DNA of 64,000 nt, from the NCBI RefSeq assembly GCF_046119375.1, contig NW_027362765.1, forward strand, positions 95,976,001 through 96,040,000, given 5' to 3'. Made by a program: the position numbers and the translations under genes. Position 1 is the stretch's first letter; each line of letters starts with the position of its first letter. The notes beneath the pieces were generated by a model that was given only the letters and a program-made list of their open reading frames with translations, did no database searches and was not told the origin of the DNA. Source of the DNA: Phyllobates terribilis. Its lineage: Eukaryota. Positions 48,120 to 61,551 of this stretch are shown here, piece after piece.

Positions 48120-48860
48120 TGTGGGGTGAGACTGAGCCACGGGGCATTGGCCTGTGATGACGTGGGGTCGAGCTCTGCTGGAACGTGGGGTGAGTGTATG
48201 CCACGGGGAAGTGGGCTGTGCTGGAACGTGGGCTGAGTGTGCCATGGGGAAGTGGGTTGAGCTGGAATGTTGAGTGAAGGTGTACCACAGGGAAGTGGGC
48301 TATGCTGGAACGTGGTGTGAGTGTGCTATAGGGCGGTGAGCTGTGCTGGAATGTGGGGTGAAAGTGTGTCGCGGGGAATTGGGCTAAGCATTGAATGTGG
48401 TGTGAGAGTGTGCCATGTGGAAGTGGGCTGTGCTGAAACATTGGGTGAGGGTGGGCCACAAGGCAGTGAGTTGTGCTGGAATGTGGTGTGAGTGTGTGCC
48501 ACGGGAAGTGGGCTATGCTGGAACGTGGTGAGGGTGTGCTATGGGTCGGTAAGCTGTGCTGGATTGTAGGGTGAGTGTGCTATGGGGGCGGTGGGCTGTA
48601 CTGGATTATGAGGGGAGTTCGCCACGGGGAAGTAGGTTGTGCTGGAATGTGGGCTGAGTGTCTGCCACGGGGCGGTGGGCTGTGCTGTAACGTGGGTTAG
48701 TCTGCCATGGGGAAGTGGGCTGTACTGGAATATTGGGGGAGTGTGCACCATGGGGTGGTGAGCTCTGCTGGATTGTGGGGTGAGTGTGCTACGGGGCGGT
48801 GGGCTGTGCTGGATTGTGGGGTGTGTGCGTGCCACAGGGCGGTGGGCTGTGCTGGATTGT

Positions 48861-48946
<86 letters not shown>

Positions 48947-49571
48947 CGCGCCATGGGGCGGTGGGCTGTGCTGGATTGTGGGGTGTGTGCGTGCTACGGG
49001 GCGGTGGGCTGTGCTGGATTGTGGGGTGAGTGTGTGCCACGGGGCGGTGGGCTGTGCTGGATCGTGGGGTGAGTGCGTGCCACGGGGCGGTGGGCTATGC
49101 TGGATCGTGGGGTGTGTGCGTGCCACGGGGCGGTGGGCTGTGTTGGATTGTGGGGTGAGTGTGTGCCATGGGGAGGTGGGCTGTGCTGGATTGTGGGGTG
49201 AGTGTGTGCCACGGGGCGGTGGGCTGTGCTGGATTGTTGGGTGAGTGTGTGCCATGGGGAGGTGGGGTGAGTGTGTGCCACGGGGCGATGGGCTGTGCTG
49301 GATTGTGGGGTGTGTGCGTGCCACGGGGCAGTGGGCTGTGCTGGATTGTTGGGTGAGTGTGTGCCATGGGGAGGTGGGGTGAGTGTGTGCCACGGGGCGA
49401 TGGGCTGTGCTGGATTGTGGGGTGTGTGCGTGCCACGGGGCGGTGGGCTGTGCTGGATTGTTGGGTGAGTGTGTGCCATGGGGAGGTGGGGTGAGTGTGT
49501 GCCACGGGGCGATGGGCTGTGCTGGATTGTGGGGTGTGTGCGTGCCACGGGGCAGTGGACTGTGCTGGATT
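48120..49571. repeat. G/T-rich 43-bp minisatellite with embedded (GT)n(CG)6
   Basis: Unit ggtgggctgtgctggattgtggggtgagtgtgtgccacggggc; (GT)n 48862-48938, (CG)6 48939-48950. Confidence 0.93.
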
Positions 49572-49641
49572 GCTCACACAATTCCATGTTGGTGCAGTGT
49601 CATGTTGTAAAATCTTCTCTTTTTGTGTTTTTTTTCCACAG

Positions 49642-49754
49642 GTAGCGAAAGAGTTTGGTTTCAGGAATAACGGCTTCTCTGTGTATGTGAACAGGAACAG
49701 GACAGGAGAGATATCCGCCAGCCAAAACAAGTCACTCAACCTACTCAAAATTAA
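49642..49754 (+). CDS. NPLOC4: NPL4 coding exon 3
   Basis: ttccacag|VAKEFGFRNNGFSVYVNRNRTGEISASQNKSLNLLKI K|GTGAGT. Confidence 0.96.
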
Positions 49755-51918
49755 GTGAGTACCCTGCCTTATTTATCTGCCATTGTCAGTGTGCCCGTGA
49801 CCTTCAGCAAGTACTGTCTGTGGCATGGCTACAACTACAGGGTTATCGGGTACAACTAGGATATCAGCTGTTTTGCAAAATCGTGAAGGCAGCTTGAGGC
49901 AAATTTATTTCTAGATTCCAGAGGAAAAGTGATATATTGCTGGTCGGTGGGGTTCACACTGCTGAGACCCTGACTGATCTTGTAAAGAGGCCTCTGAAAT
50001 GCCCCGTTGGATTGGAGCCATGGCTGTGCTTACGCACTATCGCTGCGTTCAGTTTTAACAGGACAGACGAGCGCTGTACTCTTTGTTTCCGGTAGTACCA
50101 TCAATAATAAATAGATCGATGGCACGCATGCATGGCCATCTTTTAATGGTATTGAGGCCCTTCATAGCCCATTTTTGGGATTTGTGGGGGTCTCGATGGT
50201 GTGAAATAACTCTGTTAAGGGAATCTGTCCGCAGGATTTCACCCCCAAAACTATTTATATGTAAATGTAGCTCTTTCAAAGAGAAGTCCAGCAATACCTT
50301 TATATGGCCAGTTTATTTGTCCCATCAGCTCGGAGCAACTCCAAAGGCTTCAGATTGTTTTCCATGCAAGTAATGTCTCCTCACATATAACTGTGTCCTG
50401 GAATCTTCCAGGCGTCTCGTCATCACCGGACTGGAGACACATAATCAATGGCCGAGTCTCACTACAGCCCAGACATGCTGCTCTCCTGTCCCAAGAGGGG
50501 GCGGACGGAGCCTCCATTATGCAGAGCCCTTTAGTTGGGTTGTCAGACCCTGACGAGTGCTCTCTGGTAATAAGCAGTCGGACGTGCTCCCTGTTCTGAC
50601 CTGCGGGGCGATATTTTATTCCGGGCCCTGTATGCACTAGAGGTGTAATCAATGAGCATCAAAGTATTTGTTAGCCCCTTATCTAATCAACCATAAAAAA
50701 CACAGCCTATTTTCCTTTTTGGGGTTTAATTTTTCTTTTTCATAGAGCCATAAGTTTTTATTTTTTTTTTATTTTACAGTCTGTATGAGGGCTTGTTGTC
50801 CTCCCCCCTATGAAAAGGGGGGAGTGATTGGATTTTTTTGTTTTTATTATTTAAAAAAACCTGTATTTTACTGTTCTCTTTTTTTCAGTCATCATAGGGG
50901 AATTGTACAATATACTGCAATAACTGCATATATAGTAAAAATCACGGTGTCATATGAAGCCCAGCCCTTGGCTGAACTACATTGGCGAACGAACAAGTCA
51001 GCGTTCAGTTGGCCTTCGACTGCTATGCCAAACCCATCGACACCCCATAATCATGTCGCGGGGTAGCCAATAAGTGCTCAAACGCACAGGTCAGGTTGCA
51101 GTCAGTGATTGATGACCTGATTTTAAGGGTTAAAGGGAGTTTGTCAGCACAGAACGGCTGTTCAAACCAAGCTTCGTTTTGGTGTGGCTTAATATTTAGG
51201 TGCCCCTTCCCACCTACTTGTTTTTTATCTATTTCTGCCCTTCTCTGGCTCTATAAAGCCACAGCTGTCAATCAAAATAGAGAGGGGGGGGATAAAGGGA
51301 AAACAAGTAGGTGGGAAGGTGCACCGAACTGTTTGGTCACGCTTAGGGTGCTCCGAGTGGTTGTGCTTGGTTTGAACAGTCATTCTGTGCTGTCAGTCCC
51401 TATAACAGCAGCGATCAGTGGTACCACCAATCTCTGCTGTAAAAGGCATATTCCGGCTTTGTAACACAGCTGTCTTTTTCTCTGTGTGCAGCGAGCTCAG
51501 CTACATTAAGGGGTTAATCCAACTATTGATAGGGGTTTCAAGACCCCAAAATACAGCAACTCCAATCTACTGGTAACAGTAGGGGTCCAGGCTGGGGGTG
51601 ATAGAGCTCACAGGTTGATAAGTTTATGGGCCAGGGATGCGTGCACACCATTAGCAGTGGGTGTCCCAAGCTAAAAATAAAGACTTTTAAATGCCCCTTG
51701 CTAAATAAAATAAGCAGATATAAAAGCGTCAGCACACACAGGATTTAGCAGCACTTGGTGTTATGAGCGCTCATCACGCAGTGTAATCAGGCACGATAGT
51801 CCGCCCTGTGTGATCGTCAGCACAGGAGGCGATTCCCGGCTGTTCACCTGACACCGCTAGCTCCAGATAAATAATGAATGGCCGCAGCTGATCACAGCTC
51901 TGTTTGCTTCCCTTGTAG

Positions 51919-52101
51919 ACATGGAGACATGCTGTTCCTCTTTCCATCCAGCGCTGCCGGCCCTTCATCGGAAGTTATGGATACATCTGCATCAAGCCAG
52001 TCTTCAAGGCCGGCAAGTGCACCCCTGGTGGTGGAAGACGACATCGACCAGTACCTCAACAAACAAGAGGGAAAGATCTACAGGAACAGAGATGCCCAGC
52101 T
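51919..52101 (+). CDS. NPLOC4: NPL4 coding exon 4
   Basis: ccttgtag|HGDMLFLFPSS...VVEDDIDQYLNKQEGKIYRNRDAQL|GTAAGT. Confidence 0.95.
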
Positions 52102-52711
52102 GTAAGTTTCGTAGTCGTGGTACATCGACCACAGGGGGCAACCATGCTTTATGTGCAGCATGCATCGTTTCTTATAAGTGCTGTGTTTTAGGCTAGAGAG
52201 ATTGTCCTATCAAGTGATGGCATATCACTTTGATTACGCCATTACTACTTGCTTATTGAGGTCCCCCATCAATCCTCAGAACCTGCACTTTGGCTCCTTC
52301 AAGTCATTTACTGCACATCTGTCATCCACTATGCTTTGCACTGCAGCACAGCTCCATTCACTTGAATGCCACTTTATTGCAAATTCCTGCACAGTGGGTG
52401 GCCTGGTGCGCCAGTGGTACAAGAGAAATGTCGAAAGTGACCTCAGACCCTCCGTTTTCTGAAGGGGGTTTTGGAGGATGCAATTCGACACTAGTAATAT
52501 TTTAGGATATAATGTGCTTTAATGACACCACATAGCCATCATTGAATGTTATGGATGTTTATTTGCATAGCAAGGGAGATATTGGTCCCTTCAAGTGAAT
52601 GAGGCTGCAGTACAGACCCCTGCACAACGCGGTTTCCTGAAACGGATCTTAATGGATCTTTTTTCTTGCTACCCCTGTACTAACGTTGCTTTTTCTTCCT
52701 TTCTCCTGCAG

Positions 52712-52760
52712 ATGTCGTCATGGTCCGTTGGGTAAATGCGTGCACTGCGTCCCGCTAGAG
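52712..52760 (+). CDS. NPLOC4: NPL4 coding exon 5
   Basis: ctgcag|CRHGPLGKCVHCVPLE|GTGAGG (zinc-finger 1). Confidence 0.96.
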
Positions 52761-52850
52761 GTGAGGATGGCGACATAGAAACGTTAGTGTGTTCCAGTTT
52801 GGAGGGGGTGTGTGTATTATCCCCTTAGCTAACACTGCCTTGTCCTGCAG

Positions 52851-52945
52851 CCTTTCGACGAGGATTATCTCAACCATCTGGAGCCCCCAGTGAAACACAT
52901 GTCCTTCCATGCCTACATCCGCAAGCTGACAGGCGGAGCAGACAA
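52851..52945 (+). CDS. NPLOC4: NPL4 coding exon 6
   Basis: ctgcag|PFDEDYLNHLEPPVKHMSFHAYIRKLTGGAD K|GTGAGT. Confidence 0.96.
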
Positions 52946-53610
52946 GTGAGTCGCCACAGCCCAAATATCTCATAATCCACCGGGAAGGGGGCGCCGAGCT
53001 GAATTTAAAGGCACATTAACCATAGAAAATACACAAGAAGATGTCCCTCCACTTCTGTAATCATAACATGCGAGAAATATATACGTGACTAATGGATATA
53101 TTTCTTTTTGCCTGTGTATCCCTTTTAGTGGTTTTATTTCCAATATCACATTGATTTGATTGCATTATTCTTAGCGTAGGCCAATAATATGTGATCAATT
53201 AGGGGCCCACTCCTGGAAACATCATTTTTATTTTTACCTTTCCATCTTCTTCCTGGTCTCAGATTGCAGGTAGAACAATGGGGGAAAGGCTCCTGCTGCA
53301 GAGGAGGAGTAAGGGGAAATGACTAATTCCCCCCCCCCCCCCACCCTGGGTTACTTAAAGAAGAAATCTTTATATATTCATCTTTTTTTTTTTTTTTTAT
53401 GAGAAGAAATTGGATCAAAGGAGATTATGCACAAAATCGCTGGGATTTATATTTATTTTCCACATTTACTGATACTTGAAACTAATATATATTCAGCATT
53501 TACTTGCTTGTAGATTATACTGCCCCCTTCATGGGTGACTACACTAAAGTGATGCTTTGTGCTTAGCTGTGTAATGTCTCATAGGCTAAATGTAATGTTA
53601 CTATTTTCAG

Positions 53611-53734
53611 GGGCAAATTTGTGGCCTTGGAGAATATCAGTTGCAAGATTAAATCTGGCTGTGAGGGTCACCCACCGTGGCCAGAAGGAATCTGTACCAA
53701 ATGCCAGCCCAGCGCTATTACACTCAACCGGCAG
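53611..53734 (+). CDS. NPLOC4: NPL4 coding exon 7
   Basis: ttttcag|[41 protein letters not shown]|GTAAGA. Confidence 0.96.
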
Positions 53735-56700
53735 GTAAGAAGGGACAAGTCACCTGTCAGATCAGGGTGTATAGAGCGGACACTGCTTCATACATTGCAG
53801 GTGTCGGCTGTGTCACACAGCCAGCACCTTCCTCTAACAGCAGTGATTGGAGTTGGCTCAGCTTGCTGCTGTTTAACCATTATGATGCCGCTAACCATCT
53901 CTGACAGCCGCATTTAAATGGTTTTGAAGTGGTGTGGACGTCAGTTTGGCCGCCATCTGGATGCTCCTATGAAACAGAGTCTGTGACGTTTGTTCATGAG
54001 ATTGGTAAATACTTTGGAATGGCAGTATATAGCACATGTCCCTAGCGTGTCTAAAAAAAAAATATGTAAAAATTAGTTAAAACATTTAAAAAAACAAAAT
54101 GCTGAAAGTATGAATCAACCCCCTTGTCCCAGTATGAAAATAAAGAAATAAAAAAAGCACATCTTGTATCATGCTTGTCTGTGAAAATTTAATTATCTAT
54201 CAATATAATGGATCTGCAGAATTGCAGTTTTTAGGTCACTGCAAGTACCCTAATGGTTCATATAAAAATTACAGCAAGCCATGTAAAAAAAAAAAAAAAA
54301 CAGGCTATCCCACTGCTTCATCAACAGAAAAATAAAGTAGTCACGGTCTCAGAAAATAGACAAAGCAAAAACATTATGGAAATTGTCGTAATCGTATTGA
54401 CATGGTGAATCGCGTTGCTAGGTCGTTTTTACCTAACTAAACAACGTAAAAATTAAACCCACACGCAAAAAATTGGTGGAATTACGTTTTTTCTTTATCG
54501 CTTCATTGGGGGACACAGGACCATGGGTGTATGCTGTTGTTGTTAGGAGGTTGACACTAGGCAAAAAAAGAAACTAGCTCCTCCTTCGCAGTATACACCC
54601 GCCTAAAGGCACCAAGCTCACCAGTTTAAGCTTAGTGTCTGTAGGAGGTAGACCTGGATCCTAACTGATCCAACCCTGTTGTGTTTTATTAATCCTTGTT
54701 CTTTATTTTTAAGATACAACTCTTCAGGGTTAACAGGGAACACTGCGTCCCCTGTTATCCCCATTCTCAAGCGACCGAGAGAGCAGTGTGGCATTCCCCA
54801 CATCGCCCACTCTCGGACCCGCTGGGCAGGACCTATCCCCTGTCACCTCCAGGTGTCTCAGGGTGATTCCCGGTGGCCAGTCCTTGCCTATTCCCCACCC
54901 CAGCCCCCTCCTCGGAGCGGCCTGGGAAGGAGACGGTGGTCCCTGTGGGTGACCTTCCCCCAGATTCTGGGGTCGACACAGTCTCCTGCACTGTCCAGCA
55001 TCGGTCAGTGCGGGAAGGGGGAAGAACCAGGATCCCCCCTATTAACGGAGGACCTCCTGTGACCATCCTCAGAGGGGGAGAGGAAGAAGAGACATCGGGA
55101 CCTCAAACAAAGGTACAATCCCTCCCACTCCTGCTGCCTTACAGCTGCAGCCCCGCAGGCCCAGAACACTGGATATGGATCAACAACAGCTTACTTACAG
55201 CAGCGCTTCCCTGGCCACACCCCCTCTCTTCACATCTTCATGGCGTCCCCCACAACATGGCTTTCCCCGCAGCACGGCGTTCCCCACAGCCCCCCCCCCC
55301 CCTCTTCTTCTCTTTTTTTTGCGCGGCAAATCCGCCCGTGCTTCCTCCGTCAGGGCGTCTCGGGTGGGGCGTTCCTCTTACCGGCAGGTATACGCCCCCT
55401 CCGGCAATCGGCCAATAAGGGCCGAGGAGCAATGTGATGCGTCCGGCACACCCACATTTCTCCCGGGGACCTATTAGCGGCTGGGTTCTTAAGCCCACCC
55501 CATTCTTTCCACCTATCAGAGCCTCGGCTCCCCGAAGTCACTCAGGACAGCACGCTCTGCTCCTGCCCTGCCCCTCTACGCTGTCCTCTGTTCCTGGCTC
55601 TGCCTTCCAGCTTTAGCTCCGCAACTGCTACAGCAGCTCCCTTCAGCCTCAGCTCCGGAGTTTCCGACGGGATACTGGACCGTGGATATTCCTAGACCGG
55701 GTAGGTCCTGTCCTGGGATGACACACACCTTTCCTGCCCACAGGCTACCTCCTCTGCAGTATTCCTGGTTCGGCACATATGCCCAAACCCAGGGAGCTTT
55801 CTGTCCGTCCCGCTCACAGTCACATACTACGCCTGTGCTCTTTGCAGTACTAAGTGGCCTGCGGGTCTGACAACGGCTTTCTGCTCGACCTGCAAGCCTC
55901 CCACCATGCTGGCACCCCAAGATCCCCCTGCCGCCCGGGGAGAAGTAACTCTTCCTCCTCTGGAGTGGGCTGTTGCTATGTCCCAGTCTGTCTCTGACCT
56001 CACCAAGGTATCTCAATCTCTGGTGCAGGTCCTAGAATGCTTGCCTATGTTATCCACAGCCACCAGTGCTCCGAACGTTCCCACGTATGATTCGCAGGCA
56101 CCCCTACCCCCTCCTCCCAAGGGCAGATTGAGAGCACGTTCTCAGAAACGGACTCACACAAGTTCATCTTCCAGCTCTCCAGACTCCAAAAATGCTCCCT
56201 GCATCTCACACCTCTTCCCCAGAGGTCTTTCCGGGATCTGACACGGCATCAGATTCTGACTTTGGATCCGACACGGACCAATATTCTAAAATCCAGGACA
56301 TGGTTGACAGCCTTATATCGGCCGTCAATCAGACCCTGCATGTTAAAGAGGACGAGAGCCCTTCTCAGGACTACTCCTTTTCCTTGAAGAGAATTAAGCG
56401 CCCGGCTCGCACCTTTTCTAATCGTACAGAATTTGACGGTGTCTTTCAGAAACAGTGGGAGCATCCAGAAAAGCGCTTCACTGGAAAGAAACAGACATGC
56501 TATATCCGTTTAACCACGATCTTGTCAGCAAATGGACGGAGTCCTAATCTGTGGATCCTCCTGTCTGTCGGCCAAGACGGTGCTGTCTCTACCAGACGGT
56601 TCCTCCCTCAAGGATACTACGCATAGACAGATTGAGGCCTTGGCTAAGTCAGCTTTCAAGGCTGTTGGCACCTCCCTGTGTCCTTCCTTCTACTCAACTT

Positions 56701-57225
56701 GGGTATCAAAGGCCGTCTCCGCATGGGCCAAACAGCTTTGGCAGGGCATCCTAACGGGGGCTTCCCCGGACGATCTGGCTGACCTAGCGGATCAGATCGC
56801 CCATGCAGGAAAATATCTGCTCACGGCGTCCTTTGACGCCGCTGCCTGTTCAGCCCGCGTCTCTAGCAATATCATTGCTATACATAGAATTCTCCCTTTT
56901 CAAGGCTCCAGGCTGTTTGGGTCTATGTTGGACTAGATCATTTCTGATGCCACTGGGGGCAAGAGCACCTCCCTTCCCCAGCCGAGACCTAAACGGCCCT
57001 TTCCTATGAGAATTTCCCTTCAGTTCCGGTCCTTTTGTCAGTTCGCTCAACCGGACCCCTCCTCTCAACAGGACCGTTCCCCAGCACAGCGAGAGAGAAG
57101 TAAGCCTACCTTTAGGCCCACTCCCAACTGGCGCACAAAGGGTCACTCTTCTAAGCCCTCGGGATCACGATCCAACAGATTTTCCTCAGCATGATGGGTC
57201 ACTCCCACCTGGGACTTCTCCCAGG

Positions 57226-58191
57226 GTGGGCGGCCGTCTACTTCTGTTCCGAGACTCTTGGGTCTCGGCAATAGAAGACGCCTGGGTCAAGGAGATTGTG
57301 ACCTCCAGCTACAAGATCGAATTCAACGCCATGCCAGGAACACGATTTCTCAGGTCCCGCCCCCCGCATCCATCTCTGCTTCCCGGTTTCCTTCAGGCCA
57401 TCGCCTCCCTTCTGCGCTCAGGAGTCATAGTTCCAGTCCCCCTTCAGGAAAGGTTTTCCGGTTTTTACTCCAGTCTTTTCGTTGTTCCAAAAAACGACGG
57501 CTCACTACGTCCGATCCTGGACCTCAAACAACTAAACCGACAGGTACGCATCCGGCACTTCAGAATGGAGTCCCTCAGGTCGGTAATCGCCTCAATGGAA
57601 GCCGAGGAATATCTATGTTCAGTGGACATTCAGGATGCGTATCTTCACATCCCAATCTGTGCACCACATCAGAAGTTCCTTCATTTTGCCTTCCAGAATG
57701 CACATTATCAGTTCACCTCTCTCCCCTTCGGGCTTGCCTCCGCCCCAAGGGTTTTCACGAAAGTAATGGTCATGGCCAATCTACGAGCCAGGGGGATTGT
57801 AATTATCCCCTACCTTGACGACCTATTGATCAAGGGTCCCATGTTCAGGGACTGTCTCCACAGTCTCCAGATCACCTTGAACACGCTCTCTCGGTTAGGC
57901 TGGCTGATCAACACAGACAAATCCTCCCTGGTCCCATCTCAACACGTAACCTTTCTAGGGATGCAGTTCGACACGACCCATGCCCGGGTCCTTCTCCCGA
58001 GGGAAAAGATAAACTCTCTCCGTCTAGGGATCCACCTTCTTTCTGACCCAAGTCCACACTCTCTTCGCCTATGCATGAGTGTCTTGGGAAAAATGGTGGC
58101 AGCTATGGAAGCAGTGCCTTTGCCCAGTTCTATACCCAGCCTCTTCAACTGGCCCTTCTGTCGGCATGGGACAAGTACCTGTCGTCTCTAG
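57226..58191 (+). pseudogene. DIRS reverse transcriptase (frameshifted)
   Basis: GFYSSLFVVPK, RPILDLK, VDIQDAYLHIPI, LPFGLASAPRVF, IPYLDDLLI. Confidence 0.9.
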
Positions 58192-59044
58192 ATCGACGCT
58201 TCAGGTTACCTCTTCATGTGAGAAGGTCATTAACATGGTGGACTCTCCCTCTTCCTTCAGACCTGGGAGGTCATTCCTACCACTTTGCTGGCAGGTGGTC
58301 ACGACCGATGCCAGCCTCATCGGTTGGGGGGCAGTCTTCCTTCACCACACGGTGCAGGGCCGGTGGAGTCCCCACGAAGTCTCCCTACCGATCAATATCT
58401 TGGAGATAAGGGCAATTTACCTGAGTCCCCTGGCAGGATATTCTTGCAGGGTTCCCGGTCCGCGTACAATTGGACAACGCCACGGCTGTGGCATACATAA
58501 ACAGTCAGGGAGGAACGCGCAGCAAGTCCGTCTTGAAAGAGGTGGCAAGAGTGCTAGTTTGGGCCGAGAACACAGTTCCGGCAATCTCAGCAGTCCACAT
58601 TCCGGGGTCGACAATTGGGCGGCCGACTTCCTCAGTCGACAGGGCCTTGCCTCAGGAGAATGGCCTCTCCATCCCGAGGTGTTCCATCAGATTTGCTTAC
58701 GATGGGGCACGCCGGACGTCGACCTCATGGCGTCTCGGTTAAACCACAAGGTTTCATCCTTTGTAGCCCGGTCCCGCGATCCCCTTGCGATCGCTCAAGA
58801 CGCGCTAGTCATATCGTGGTCTCAGTTCCAGCTGCCATATCTTTTTCCTCTTCTACCATTGATCCCTCGAGTCGTCAAAAAGATCAAGACAGAAGGAGTA
58901 CCGGTTATTCTAGTAGCCCCTGATTGGCCCAGACGCGTCTGGTACGCAGATCTAGTAAACCTGCTCGTCGACTGCCCCTGGAGACTACCAGACTGTCCGG
59001 ACCTCCTCTCTCAGGGGCCTATTCTTCGAGTCCTCGTTCTCTGA
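58079..59044 (+). pseudogene. DIRS RNase H and methyltransferase-like region (frameshifted)
   Basis: VTTDASLIGWGAV, INILEIRAI, DNWAADFLSR, PDVDLMASRLN, ILVAPDWPRRVWY. Confidence 0.85.
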
Positions 59045-59054
59045 ATTCAATGGC

Positions 59055-60073
59055 ATGGCTGTTGAGGCCGCAGTGTTGAAGAAGACGGGTTTTGCGGACG
59101 TCATCCAGACCTTAATTCGTGCCAGAAAACCCGCAACTTCGCGCATATACCACAGAACCTGGAGAGCCTTTTTTCTTCACTGCGAGAAAGATATGCTAGC
59201 TCCCTTGTCCTTTTCGTTACCGGTCATTTTGGCCTTTCTTCAGTCTGGTCTGGAAGCGGGACTCTCTCTAAGCACTCTCAAAGGCCTAGTTTCGGCCTTG
59301 TCCATTCTATTCCAACGTAACTTGGCTTTCCGTCCTCAGGTCAAGACGTTTCTACAAGGGGTGGCTCACCTGGCGCCGCCTTATCGTCCCCCGGTGGATC
59401 CATGGGACCTTAATATGGTCCTAAGCACCCTCCAACAGCCCCCGTTTGAACCCATTCAGGACATCTCAGCCTCTCTTCTCTCCTGGAAGGTGGCTTTTCT
59501 GGTGGCCGTTACCTCTATTAGGAGGGTTGCAGAGCTCGCAGCCCTCTCATATCGGTCACCCTTTCTGGTCTTCCATCAAGACAAGGTAGTGCTCAGGCCG
59601 GTGCCTTCCTTTTTGCCGAAAGTAGTCTCCTCTTTCCACATCAATGAGGACATTGTTTTGCCCCAGTGCACCCAGAAATCCCTGCACAAACTGGATCTGG
59701 TCAGAGCTTTACGTGTGTACCTTTCTAGAACGGCTTCCCTCCGGCGTTTGGACGCCCTGTTTGTCATCCCTGATGGGCGTCGCAGGGGCCTTCCAAGTCG
59801 ACCATCGCCCGTTGGATACGTTCGACCATTTTGGAGGTATATCGCATTTCGGACAAACCTCCCCCTCCGGGGTTAAGGGCTTACTCCACCCGGGCGGTGG
59901 GGGCCTCTTGGGCTGTTCGCCATCAGGCTTCAGCTTCTCAGATCTGTAAGGCCGCAACCTGGTCTTCACTCCACACCTTTTCAAGGTTTTACAAAGTCCA
60001 CACTTATTCCTCGGCTGATGTCAGTCTTGGACGGAAGGTTCTGCAGGCGGCGGTTGCCAGCAGTCAGACCTAA
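59055..60073 (+). pseudogene. DIRS tyrosine recombinase (frameshifted)
   Basis: KVAFLVAVTSIRRVAEL, FLPKVVS, STRAVGASWA, ICKAATWSSLHTFSRFY. Confidence 0.88.
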
Positions 60074-60946
60074 TTTGTTGCTATCTTTTGTTCTCCCTAG
60101 GGACTGCTTTTGGACGTCCCATGGTCCGGTGTCCCCCAATGAAGCGATAAAGAAAGAGGGATTTTTGGTACTCACCGTAAAATCTTTCTTGGAGCCTTCA
60201 TTGGGGGACACAGCACCCTCCCTGATTTTGGGCATATGTCCAGTTGGCCCTGTTAGGCATCTAATTTAGTTTTCACGGTTGTGCCCCGTTGGGCATTGCA
60301 TAGTTAATTATTTTATGTTCCTCCTACTGCTTTAGCCACTAACTGGTGAGCTCGGTGCCTGTAGGCGGGTGCATACTGCGGAGGAGGAGCTATTTTCTTT
60401 TTTTTGCCTAGTGTTAACCTCCTAGCGACAGCAGCATGCACCCATGGTCCTGTGTCCCCCAATGAAGGCTCCAAGAAAGAGATTTTACGGTGAGTACCAA
60501 AAATCCCTCGTTTTCCACCATTTTACCCCATGTGGAAAGCTTTTTTTCTCTCTCTATTTTCAGTATATTGTATAGTAAAATGAACGGTGCCTTTTCAAAA
60601 CTAAAACTCATCCCACGAAAAAACAAGCCCTCATCCATCGGTCTATGGAAAAAAATGAAAAAAATTCTGTCTTGTTGAAAAAAAAAAAAAAATTGCTTTG
60701 TCCTTAAAGGGTTAATGGGGCAGTAACAATGTATAGGACTTTTGGGTTACATTTGGAACTTGCAGCTTCTTGAGTTATGGGTTTGTTAGTATAAAAGTGG
60801 CAAAGCTACAAATGCTAAAGCAGCAGTAACAGATGGGAATCTGACAATAGTCGGGGTTTCCTGCGCTAATTTCCTGTTTTAAGGCAAATATTGATACCGT
60901 CTCTTTTTTAGTTTTACAAGTGTGACTTTTTATTATCTCCCTGTAG

Positions 60947-61126
60947 AAATACCGACATGTGGACAACATTATGTTTGAAAATCACACCATTGCCGATCGC
61001 TTCCTGGACTTCTGGCGCAAAACTGGAAACCAGCGCATAGGCTACTTGTATGGCCGTTACACTGAACACAAGGACATCCCGTTAGGCATTCGGGCTGAGG
61101 TGGCTGCCATCTATGAACCGCCGCAG
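60947..61126 (+). CDS. NPLOC4: NPL4 coding exon 8
   Basis: ctgtag|[60 protein letters not shown]|GTAAGG. Confidence 0.96.
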
Positions 61127-61464
61127 GTAAGGTTATTTTTTTTTAAGTAAGTAAGTGGGTATTTTTACAAAAAAAGGCAGAAGAGGTTTTAGTAAAAAAA
61201 ACAAACCTAAAAACCAGTGTTCGCCTCCCCGATCTGTTCTGACAATGTTGAGTTGTTTTCTGACCTCTACTTTTGCTACAGCGATTACATCCCGACTCTG
61301 AGACGTATGACCTCTGCAGCCAATCACTGGCGGAGGATCATGATGACCCTCTGGATATCCCTTTAGATAAAGTGGTCGGTCTAGTGAAAGGTTCCCCAGT
61401 TTGCATCGATACTTTCTGTACATATCACTATGTGCATTCATCCATCGCTGTTTTTCACTTTCAG

Positions 61465-61551
61465 ATTGGGACACAGAACAGCCTGGAGCTGCTCGACGAT
61501 CCAAAAGCCAAAGTGGTGGATGAGATTGCAGCCAAGCTCGGATTAAGAAAG
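61465..61551 (+). CDS. NPLOC4: NPL4 coding exon 9 (probable GC donor)
   Basis: ctttcag|IGTQNSLELLDDPKAKVVDEIAAKLGLRK|GCAAGA. Confidence 0.9.

Larger units (their letters stand above)
54490..60509 (+). mobile_element. DIRS1-type tyrosine-recombinase retrotransposon, full length, frameshifted
   Basis: Inverted terminal repeats (about 54490-54630 vs 60340-60470), right extension to 60509, ICR at about 60115-60215 complementary to both ends; RT, RNase H/MT and YR remnants in order. Confidence 0.93.

Noticed and set aside
48031-49758. His/Thr/Pro- and Cys/Val/Gly-rich ORFs
   Set aside because: Translations of the 43-bp minisatellite and (GT)n tract.
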